Below are positions 27,604-34,661 of a stretch of 64,000 nt of DNA, piece after piece (position 1 is the first letter of the stretch; the number at the start of each line of letters is the position of its first letter). Source of the DNA: Bianqueaceae bacterium. GTDB lineage: Bacteria > Bacillota > Clostridia > Lachnospirales > Bianqueaceae. A model generated the notes under the pieces. The model did not search any database, was not told the origin of the DNA, and saw only the letters and a list, made by a program, of their open reading frames with translations. The translations under genes were made by a program, and so were the position numbers. The stretch spans positions 3,938-67,937 of the forward strand of contig JAZRWR010000113.1 in assembly GCA_045599825.1 (NCBI GenBank). Direction: 5' to 3'.

Positions 27604-30510
27604 ATGAAGCAGTTAAAGAAGACCTTCGCTTTGTTCCTTTCCATGCTTCTTTGCCTGTCTGCCGTTCCCGCCGTCGGCGCTTTTGCCGATGAGGGCGGCT
27701 CCGACGAGGAAAGCGGTCTGATTTTGGACAAGTGGTACACTCCAAAAGCCGATTCCGGTGAAGGCATCCTGACGCTCGAAACCTACGTCAAGGGTACGGT
27801 CGTTCATACGACTACGGTAGTCAGCCAGCCGCTTGACATTGTTCTGGTGCTGGATGTATCCGGCTCCATGGATGATTCCCTTTCCGCCAGCGGCGCCAGC
27901 GGATATTCGGTCAGGACGGGTGTCTCTTATAACAACGCGAACCAGCGGAATTTCTATTTCCGCGAAGGAAACACCTATTACCGCGTTTATGCGCACAGAA
28001 CGGGCTTCGGTCTGGATGCTTATTATTACCTGAGCTTTACCAAGGACGGAACAGAATACTTCCTGAAGGGCGATTCGTATACGGAGGATATTTCTTCCGC
28101 TTGGGTCAGCAGCGGCAGCACAGCGATTTACACGGAAACGCTTTACTATTCGCTGGGGTACTCTCCCTCTAAGCTGGATGTATTAAAGAGCGCCGTAGCC
28201 GGCCTGATCGATACAGTCTATGCCGATGCCATTGCCAATGAGGTTGATCACCGTATCAGCATCGTCACCTTCGCTTCTTCGGCAAATACGGTTGACGAGC
28301 TGGTATCCGTAAGCGAAAACTATGACAGGCTGATAAAGGATACGGGCGCTCTGAGAGCAAACGGTGCTACGGCGGCCGACTACGGTCTTCAATCTGCCGA
28401 TACCGTTATGCAGGACGCCCGTTCCGACAGCAACAGGGTCGTCATCTTCTTTACTGACGGTGAGCCGAATCATAACAGCGGCTTCGACGGATCGGTTGCG
28501 ACCAAGGCAATCACGGCAGCTAAGAGCCTGAAGGATGACGGAGCCAAGGTCTATTCCGTCGGCGTATATGATGCGAGCTCCGGTGGAGGCGGCTGCGGAG
28601 GCGGCTGTGACGATGAGGCCGACCTTACCACTGTCATGAACTACATGCACGCCATCTCCTCCAACTATCCCGCTGCGACTTCTTATACGAGCAGTACCAT
28701 GGGCACCGGCAGCGATCTGGGTTATTCGCTGATGGCCGGTAATGCAGGCGAGCTTTCCGGTATTTTTGAGACAATTACCAAGGAGGCGGTCGAGGGTTCG
28801 GCCCGCATTCAGCTTGATGCCGATGCGGTCGTGCTGGATAAAATTTCCGACTATTTTGAGCTGCCTGAAGGCATTGAAGAAAAAGACATTAAGGTTTATT
28901 ATGCCGATTATCTCGGCAACGACAGCTGGAGTGAGAAGCGGGCTTTCACGGCTGCTGCATTGGAGCTTGATGTGAAGAATAAGCAGGTCCGCGTTTCCAA
29001 CTTTGACTTTGCTTACTACTTCGTTCCCGAGGACGGCGCGGCCAAAAACAGCAACGGAATTAACGGCCGCAAGCTGATTATTGAAATCCCCATTGTCGAT
29101 AACGGCACCGGCTTCGGAGATGTGCCTACCAATACGGGCGATTCCGGTGTTTATCAGAATGAAGAGAAGGTCGAAAACGGCGAGAGCGTTGATCGCTATC
29201 CCATCCCTGAAACGACCTTCCCGAGCTTCACTGTTATTCATTCCTCCGACAGTTCTGCGGATAAGATTCGTCTTTCCTCCGTCGGTACTGAGGGCTTTGA
29301 TCTTTCTGCCATCGTGAAGGAGGGCCATCTTTACGGTGGCTACTATCACTACGAAAACAGCACGGTAGGGGCTCCCTATACCTCGAGCGGTCTGACGCTT
29401 CAGCCTGCGGACGGTGCGGTATACTTCCTGCAGGAGGTGCCCAAGACCTATCTGCGTCCGGCCACTCTGTCCCTTTCCTCCAAGGGTGTTAAGTATACCT
29501 GGATGCTGACCGCTATTGACAGCCTGAACTACAAGCTGGCCGGCTTTGATGTGGCCGGTAAGGATATCAGTCTGACCGTACCGGAAGCGGCGGCGGAGCA
29601 GGACAGCTTCTGCAAGAGCAGCGCGGACGAGATGGACGCGGTCTGCGAGACAATCCATGTGGAAATGGTCTACGGAAAGACGTACGATTACGATGTTCTG
29701 ATGGTTTCCGGCAACCTCGACGGTTACATAGTCTGCCTGCGCTTCAGCAATCCGGAGAGCTATATCGATAACGGAAGCTTTGATGTTCATCCCTATTTTG
29801 TCACACCCGATAATGTCAAGGTTACCGGCGATACGGTCCGTACGTTGACCTACACTTCAGCCAATCTGACTGAGACTGCGTCCGGAACGGGTGCGAAGAA
29901 CCCTGTTTCCTCGGATGTGACGGATTTTGACGAATATGTCTCCGCTGCGCCCTATGCGCCTCTCCGGCTGATGAGCTTCGTGCCTCTGCGTGCGGTTCCC
30001 TCCAAGTCTCTTGAGGTTGTAGAGCCTGCGCCTCAGGCTCCCGTCGAAGAACCCGAGGCCGTTGAGGAGCCTGCAGGAGAGCCTGAGGTCGCTGAGGAAC
30101 CTGCGGAGGAATCTGCGGTCGTCGAAGAGCCGGCGGAAGAAACCGCGGAAATCGCTCCCTCGGATGCGTCTGATTATGAAGCCCCTGAGCAGGTCATTCC
30201 GGAGGAAGAGCCCGCTGAGGAGCCTGAGCAGAAGGAAAGAGTTACGCCGGTTATTCCGGATCCCGTCGTTGTAGAGCCCGAGGAAGAGCCTGCTCTTATT
30301 GAAAAGCCTGCCGAAGACGCGGCTGAAGCGCCCGTTGATGAAGCGGAGGATGTGCCGGCTGAGGAGCCTGCGGATACGGAGCCGGAAGCTGAGCACGCGG
30401 ATGAGGCTTCGACCGAAGAGGCCGTTATTATGCCTGCGATCAGCTGGCTGCTTCGCGTTCTGACTGCGGTCAGCACCTTCCTGGCCCGTCTGTTCGGTTT
30501 TGTGAAATAA
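27604..30510 (+). CDS. Secreted/cell-surface von Willebrand factor A domain protein with a Pro/Glu-rich stalk and a C-terminal hydrophobic anchor (968 aa)
   Basis: Signal peptide MKQLKKTFALFLSMLLCLSAVPAVGAFA. vWA MIDAS block VLVLDVSGSMDD, then IVTFASSA, GATAADYG, VVIFFTDGEPN. The C-terminus is an EEPAE-type repeat region followed by ISWLLRVLTAVSTFLARLFGFVK. No LPXTG motif. Confidence 0.8.
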   Translation: MKQLKKTFALFLSMLLCLSAVPAVGAFADEGGSDEESGLILDKWYTPKADSGEGILTLETYVKGTVVHTTTVVSQPLDIVLVLDVSGSMDDSLSASGASGYSVRTGVSYNNANQRNFYFREGNTYYRVYAHRTGFGLDAYYYLSFTKDGTEYFLKGDSYTEDISSAWVSSGSTAIYTETLYYSLGYSPSKLDVLKSAVAGLIDTVYADAIANEVDHRISIVTFASSANTVDELVSVSENYDRLIKDTGALRANGATAADYGLQSADTVMQDARSDSNRVVIFFTDGEPNHNSGFDGSVATKAITAAKSLKDDGAKVYSVGVYDASSGGGGCGGGCDDEADLTTVMNYMHAISSNYPAATSYTSSTMGTGSDLGYSLMAGNAGELSGIFETITKEAVEGSARIQLDADAVVLDKISDYFELPEGIEEKDIKVYYADYLGNDSWSEKRAFTAAALELDVKNKQVRVSNFDFAYYFVPEDGAAKNSNGINGRKLIIEIPIVDNGTGFGDVPTNTGDSGVYQNEEKVENGESVDRYPIPETTFPSFTVIHSSDSSADKIRLSSVGTEGFDLSAIVKEGHLYGGYYHYENSTVGAPYTSSGLTLQPADGAVYFLQEVPKTYLRPATLSLSSKGVKYTWMLTAIDSLNYKLAGFDVAGKDISLTVPEAAAEQDSFCKSSADEMDAVCETIHVEMVYGKTYDYDVLMVSGNLDGYIVCLRFSNPESYIDNGSFDVHPYFVTPDNVKVTGDTVRTLTYTSANLTETASGTGAKNPVSSDVTDFDEYVSAAPYAPLRLMSFVPLRAVPSKSLEVVEPAPQAPVEEPEAVEEPAGEPEVAEEPAEESAVVEEPAEETAEIAPSDASDYEAPEQVIPEEEPAEEPEQKERVTPVIPDPVVVEPEEEPALIEKPAEDAAEAPVDEAEDVPAEEPADTEPEAEHADEASTEEAVIMPAISWLLRVLTAVSTFLARLFGFVK
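30010..30420 (+). repeat. Low-complexity Pro/Glu/Ala-rich repeat region (EEPAE-like units) inside the vWA gene
   Basis: VEEPEAVEEPAGEPEVAEEPAEESAVVEEPAEETAE...EEEPAEEPE...EEPADTEPE. Confidence 0.8.
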
Positions 30511-30525
30511 GGAGGAAGAAAGATT

Positions 30526-30690
30526 ATGAATCCTTTTCTTTATACTGTCTATGACGGAAACGGAAATGAAATCGGCATGGTCAGTATGCCCTGGTCCCAG
30601 ATCGATTTTACGCCTGCGGCCGGGATTATTAACTTCGACGGTCATACCTACCGTCAGCTTGATGACAACACGCTGCAATTGCTGCGATAA
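30526..30690 (+). CDS. Unlisted small ORF, 54 aa (MNPFLYTVYDGNGNEIGMVSMPWSQIDFTPAAGIINFDGHTYRQLDDNTLQLLR)
   Basis: Hand-translated, below the 60-aa cutoff of the ORF track. GGAGG at 30511-30515 lies 10 nt upstream of ATG 30526. TAA at 30688-30690. A GC-rich hairpin plus T-tract follows at about 30703-30735. Confidence 0.45.
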   Translation: MNPFLYTVYDGNGNEIGMVSMPWSQIDFTPAAGIINFDGHTYRQLDDNTLQLLR

Positions 30691-30746
30691 CAGTAATAAT
30701 TTGGCGGTACCGCAATCGGCGCCGCCTTTTCTCTTGGAGATACAGA

Positions 30747-31490
30747 ATGCATTATATTACGTTTCCGTTGGCCGGACACAGGCTGGCCTACGCAACGGAC
30801 GACGATAAGTGCGCATCCTATTTGGAGGCGTACCGGAGGCTCTGTGAGGAATGCCGGGCATCCGCTCAGAACGCGGTAAGCGAAACGCTTTTCATGCTAA
30901 GCGAGGAGGAGTGCCGGAACGCGTCCGCGCACTACCCCGCGTGCTCGAGCCGGACCGAGGTTGAAATGGGGGAACTGCTTTTTCAAACCTCCTCGTATCT
31001 TTTGCGCCATGAGGCCTGTCTGTTCCACGGAGTCGCGTTTCTGTGGCGCGGCAGGGCGTGGATCTTTACCGGTCCGAGCGGCGCAGGAAAGAGCACGCAG
31101 TATATGCAGTGGAAACTGCGCTATCCGGAGGAGCTCGTGATCATCAACGGCGACAAGCCGGTCATCAGCCGCGGCGCAAACGGGAAGTTTTTCGCGTCCG
31201 GCTCTCCCTGGAACGGGAAAGAACATTTCGGGCAGGCGCTTGAGGCGCCCCTGGGCGGTGTGATATGGCTGGATCAGTCGAAGGAGAACCGCCTGGAGTC
31301 CATGAGCCCGGAGCAGGCGGCGCCGCGTCTGTTTCTGCAGTTTCTGCTGCGTCCCGCAGATGAGGCGGAGCTTGCGCGGCTGATTGCCCTCGAGGAGGCA
31401 TTGCTTGCGCAGGTGCCGGTGTGGCATTTAATGAATTTGGGCGACCGCGCGTCGGCTGAGCTTCTGCACGACGCTTTGGCGGAAGCATAA
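30747..31490 (+). CDS. HPr-kinase-related P-loop protein (HprK C-terminal-domain-like)
   Basis: LFHGVAFLWRGRAWIFTGPSGAGKSTQY matches the H(A/G)..........G.SG.GKS block of HprK-related kinases found in peptide-modification cassettes. No HPr-kinase N-terminal domain. Confidence 0.6.
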   Translation: MHYITFPLAGHRLAYATDDDKCASYLEAYRRLCEECRASAQNAVSETLFMLSEEECRNASAHYPACSSRTEVEMGELLFQTSSYLLRHEACLFHGVAFLWRGRAWIFTGPSGAGKSTQYMQWKLRYPEELVIINGDKPVISRGANGKFFASGSPWNGKEHFGQALEAPLGGVIWLDQSKENRLESMSPEQAAPRLFLQFLLRPADEAELARLIALEEALLAQVPVWHLMNLGDRASAELLHDALAEA

Positions 31491-31511
31491 GAGAAAGATG
31501 GGTTTACCGAT

Positions 31512-31802
31512 ATGATGAAATATCAGCTGAGGGACGGTGTCGTTCTGGCGGAGCTGTGTCACCAGCCGATGCTGGTCGCGACCGGCCCTGCGCTCGACCA
31601 CTGCGCCTATATGAGTCTGATGAATGACGACGCCGCATTTTATCTGAGACTGCTGGCAAATCCGCAGACGGTCTCGCAGATGGCGGCCGCTGCTGCGGTG
31701 CAATACGAGCAGAGCGAGGAAACCATGACAGCCATTGTGGAGCAGTTCATGGATTTCCTGGTCCAAAGAGGCTATGTGATACAGGTGAACGGCGATGAGT
31801 GA
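31512..31802 (+). CDS. PqqD-family protein (second copy, 96 aa)
   Basis: Pattern present: ...GVVLAEL..QPMLVA....LNDDAAFYLRLL...QTVSQMAAA.A.QYE.SEETMTAIVEQFMDFLVQRGYV. Confidence 0.6.
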   Translation: MMKYQLRDGVVLAELCHQPMLVATGPALDHCAYMSLMNDDAAFYLRLLANPQTVSQMAAAAAVQYEQSEETMTAIVEQFMDFLVQRGYVIQVNGDE

Positions 31803-33126
31803 GAGACTGAGCGAACGAGTCGAAGCGCTTTTTATCCGCATCCTTTCGGATTCTCTGCGGGGCGAAGCGTCGCCTGCGGCCTCGGAGCTTGCCGGCGAAG
31901 AAGAGGCGGCCGCGCTTCTGTCTTTGGCGCAGCGGCAGATGGTGCTGCCTTTGGTGCTCGAGGCCTGCCGTGACAGCCGGACCGTTCTGGAGCTTCCGAT
32001 GCTTCCGGAAATCCGCGTGCGCGCCTGCGCGTCCGTCGCGCATCAGATGGTCTACGACCGGCAGACACGCGAGCTCCTGTGCGCCGCCTATGAGGCCGGC
32101 TTCACGCCGCTGGTGCTGAAGGGCGTGATGTGCCGGCGCATCTATCCCGCGGGCAGTCTGCGTCCCTCCTCGGATGAAGACTTCTATCTGCGCCCGGAGG
32201 AGTTTCAGGGCTTCTGCCGTTTCATGACGGAGCAGGGCTTCAGCCGCGCGGATGACGGTCCTGCCGATGCGAAGGAGCCGGGCGAGCGCTGCTACTCGAG
32301 TGAAAAAACCGGCCTCTGTGTGGAGCTGCATCCCTGCTTTTTCTCAAAAGAAAAGGCCTTTGCCAGGGTCGAGACCGCGCTTTCGGACGCCTACGAGCGT
32401 CGGACCTGGTACGACTGCGACGGTCGGGTGTGCGACACCGTCGCCTCCCTCCTGCGGGCCCGGAAGCCGCGAAACGACGGCAAGCGGACAGCGTCCCTTT
32501 TTCAGGATAAGCTCTGTCTGTCGCTTTCTCCGACCGATCATCTTTTTTATCTGCTCGCTCATGCCTACAAGCATTTTCTTTACAGCGGCTTCGGCATCCG
32601 GCAGGTGCTGGACATCGGCCTGTGGGCCGGGAACTACGACCTGGAGCTGGACTGGACATCGCTTCTCAGAACGTTGGAGCGCTGCAGCATGAACGGCTTT
32701 GCGTCGGCGGTGCTCAGGCTGGCGCGCGACTGTTTCGGTATCGGAATCAGGCTGCCGGAGAAGCTGGCGGCGGACGAAACTCCGCTCGAACCGATGCTGA
32801 ACGATCTTCTGGATGCCGGCATCTACGGCTCCTCCGAGCTCAGCCGGCTGCACTCCGCGCCCATCCTGCTGGAGCGCGCGTCGGAGGGTGAGGACCGGAG
32901 TCCCGCTCGGCAGCTGTTCCCGCGCGCGAAGGCTCTGGAGAGCCGTTATCCCTTCCTGAGGGAGCGTCCGTGGCTCCTGCCCTGGGCCTGGCTGAAGCGC
33001 GACTGCGCCTACGTCAAGGAAACACTGACCCGCCGCGACAGCAAGATGATGCGGACGCTTCGGATTGCGGAAGAGCGTACGGAGCTGGCGCGTCTGTACG
33101 GCGTGCTTCCGGGAAAAAAGCAATAA
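31795..33126 (+). CDS. Uncharacterised nucleotidyltransferase family protein (NTP_transf_5-like, 443 aa)
   Basis: VLKGVMCRRIYPAGSLRPSSDEDFYL (LKG...YP....R...D.D) and VELHPCFF blocks are present. ATGA overlap with the preceding PqqD gene. Confidence 0.6.
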   Translation: MSERLSERVEALFIRILSDSLRGEASPAASELAGEEEAAALLSLAQRQMVLPLVLEACRDSRTVLELPMLPEIRVRACASVAHQMVYDRQTRELLCAAYEAGFTPLVLKGVMCRRIYPAGSLRPSSDEDFYLRPEEFQGFCRFMTEQGFSRADDGPADAKEPGERCYSSEKTGLCVELHPCFFSKEKAFARVETALSDAYERRTWYDCDGRVCDTVASLLRARKPRNDGKRTASLFQDKLCLSLSPTDHLFYLLAHAYKHFLYSGFGIRQVLDIGLWAGNYDLELDWTSLLRTLERCSMNGFASAVLRLARDCFGIGIRLPEKLAADETPLEPMLNDLLDAGIYGSSELSRLHSAPILLERASEGEDRSPARQLFPRAKALESRYPFLRERPWLLPWAWLKRDCAYVKETLTRRDSKMMRTLRIAEERTELARLYGVLPGKKQ

Positions 33127-33130
33127 AAAC

Positions 33131-33176
33131 AGCCCCTTACCATGCAGTTCATGCTGAGTGGTAAGGGGCTTCTTGT
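33131..33176. terminator. Bidirectional terminator between convergent genes
   Basis: AGCCCCTTACC (33131-33141) pairs with GGTAAGGGGCT (33160-33170). AAAAAC lies upstream and TCTTGT downstream. Confidence 0.55.
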
Positions 33177-33189
33177 GTGCGGGGAAAGC

Positions 33190-34026
33190 TCAGGCCAGGC
33201 AATGCTCCAGATAGGCCTGCGCCAGACGGCGGTAGGTTTCGCCGTCCTTCATGGCGATGGGGCAGCCGTCCAGGGTCTTGCCGCGTTTTGTGAAGGTGGA
33301 GGAGCCGGTCACCAGGACCTCGTCCGCGGCGAACAGCTCATCGCGCGTAAAGACGCGTTCCTCGACGGGGATGCCGAGCTTGCGTGCGCAGAGCATCACG
33401 TGCTTTTTGGTGATGCCGGGAAGGATCAGTTCGCTGTCGGGACGGGTGATGAGCACACCGTCCTTCAGGATCATGACGTTTGTGTGGCTGCCCTCGGTGA
33501 CGGTCCCGTCGGGGCGGATCTGGACGGCCTCGTAGGCGCCGGCCTCGTGCGCGGCCTGGTTGGCCATGACGTTGCCGTAGAGATTGAGGGTTTTCACATT
33601 GCAGAAGTGGTGGCGGCGGTCCTCGACCGTGATGAAATCAACCGGGGCGAAGACATCGGGCAGCTTCTTGGCGCTGACGGTGATGAGCAGGTTGGGTTTG
33701 GTGCCCTCCGGCGGGAAAAAGTGCGTGCGGGGGGCGGTTCCGCGGCTGGTCTGCCAGTAGATCATGGCGGCCGGGGCGTCGATGCGGCTGTTCAGATCCA
33801 GGAGGAGGGCGGTCAGCTCTTCCTTGGACCAGATGGGCTCGATGCGCATCAGCCGCATGCTGTTGAAGAAGCGGTCGACATGATCCTTGAGATCGATCGG
33901 TTTGCCGTTAACGACGTAGGCCGCATCGTAACAGCCGTCGCCGAAGAAGAGCGCGCGGTCCAGGAAGGGAACGGTCAGTTCCTCTGGCGCGCCGATTTGT
34001 CCGTTATAATAAGCGATATTGGTCAT
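33190..34026 (-). CDS. Class IV aminotransferase (D-amino-acid / branched-chain type, 278 aa)
   Basis: FLDRALFFGDGCYDA, GAYEAV...DGTVTEGSHTNV and ILPGITK blocks are typical of fold-type IV PLP enzymes. Start set at ATG 34026 after AAGGGA. Confidence 0.8.
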   Translation of the reverse strand: MTNIAYYNGQIGAPEELTVPFLDRALFFGDGCYDAAYVVNGKPIDLKDHVDRFFNSMRLMRIEPIWSKEELTALLLDLNSRIDAPAAMIYWQTSRGTAPRTHFFPPEGTKPNLLITVSAKKLPDVFAPVDFITVEDRRHHFCNVKTLNLYGNVMANQAAHEAGAYEAVQIRPDGTVTEGSHTNVMILKDGVLITRPDSELILPGITKKHVMLCARKLGIPVEERVFTRDELFAADEVLVTGSSTFTKRGKTLDGCPIAMKDGETYRRLAQAYLEHCLA

Positions 34027-34168
34027 AACAATCCCTTTCTTTCTGAAAGCGCTGCCCTTATTATAGCGCAAAAGCCTGTTTTGGCAAGGTTTTTCGGGCG
34101 GAGGAGGACAACCGCAGGGCTGGGGCAGCTTCTCGTGCAGACGCGAGGGTTTTGAAGCGTTTGATGAA

Positions 34169-34195
34169 CAAAAAAACATCCACAGACTGTGGATG
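34169..34195 (-). terminator. Terminator of the tRNA operon
   Basis: CATCCAC / GTGGATG hairpin at 34177-34195. On the minus strand it is followed by the T-run complementary to the A-run at 34169-34176. Confidence 0.6.
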
Positions 34196-34204
34196 TTTAA
34201 GAAT

Positions 34205-34278
34205 TGCGTGCAGCAGGATTCGAACCCGCGGCCTTCTGGTCCGTAGCCAGACGCTCTATCCAGCTGAGCTATGCGCGC
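34205..34278 (-). tRNA. tRNA-Arg (anticodon ACG)
   Basis: Reverse complement folds as a cloverleaf: GCGCGCA-TA-GCTC..GAGC-TCTGG-CTACGGA-CCAGA-..-GCGGGTTCGAATCCTGC-TGCACGC-A. One C-A mismatch in the acceptor stem. CCA is not encoded. Confidence 0.85.
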
Positions 34279-34282
34279 ATAA

Positions 34283-34353
34283 AGCGGGTGAGGGGAATCG
34301 GACCCCCGTATCCAGCTTGGAAGGCTGGTGTTCTACCATTGAACTACACCCGC
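34283..34353 (-). tRNA. tRNA-Gly (anticodon TCC)
   Basis: Reverse complement is GCGGGTG-TA-GTTCAATGGTAGAAC-A-CCAGC-CTTCCAA-GCTGG-...-CACCCGC-T. CCA is not encoded. Confidence 0.85.
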
Positions 34354-34415
34354 AAGTAGTGGGGTAACAGTAGAACAAAAGACCTGTCAGCAAAATGCGG
34401 CTTGACAAAGTCAAA

Positions 34416-34488
34416 TGCCCAGAACCGGAATCGAACCAGTGACACGGGGATTTTCAGTCCCCTGCTCTACCAACTGAGCTATCTGGGC
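34416..34488 (-). tRNA. tRNA-Phe (anticodon GAA)
   Basis: Reverse complement is GCCCAGA-TA-GCTCAGTTGGTAGAGC-A-GGGGA-CTGAAAA-TCCCC-...-GGTTCGATTCC-...-TCTGGGC-A. CCA is not encoded. Confidence 0.9.
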
Positions 34489-34499
34489 ATAAGGTGTTG

Positions 34500-34586
34500 T
34501 GCCGGTGACCGGGATCGAACCGGTACGGTCGTATTAGGACCGTGGGATTTTAAGTCCCATGCGTCTGCCAATTCCGCCACACCGGC
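34500..34586 (-). tRNA. tRNA-Leu (anticodon TAA), long variable arm
   Basis: Reverse complement is GCCGGTG-TG-GCGGAATTGGCAGACGC-A-TGGGA-CTTAAAA-TCCCA, then a long variable arm (CGGTCCTAATACGACCG) and GGTTCGATCC. Length 87 nt. Confidence 0.85.
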
Positions 34587-34632
34587 AGTCAGGCTATTAT
34601 CCCGATCGCCTTGTTTCTTGGCGACAATCGTT

Positions 34633-34661
34633 ATATTAGCACAGTACCTTTGCAGTGTCAA
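34633..34661 (-). promoter_or_regulatory. Near-consensus sigma-70 promoter of the tRNA operon
   Basis: On the minus strand: TTGACA (34661-34656), a 17-nt spacer, then TAATAT (34638-34633). The -35 element overlaps the stop codon of the upstream GTPase-NYN gene. Confidence 0.6.

Noticed and set aside
30551-30808. 85-aa ORF containing Cys residues (…RCNCCDNSNN…), which could have been taken for a Cys-rich radical-SAM substrate.
   Set aside because: It has no Shine-Dalgarno. It is out of frame with the well-initiated 54-codon ORF and completely overlaps it. It also runs into the start of the HPrK-like gene. The alternative frame (30526-30690) has a GGAGG RBS and a clean stop.
17585-33126. Possibility that the island is a prophage, integrative element or transposon.
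   Set aside because: No integrase, recombinase, transposase, terminal inverted or direct repeats, or phage structural genes are visible. The tRNA block lies about 1 kb beyond it with an aminotransferase gene in between. Only the 26.7-30.7 kb sub-segment shows a compositional shift.
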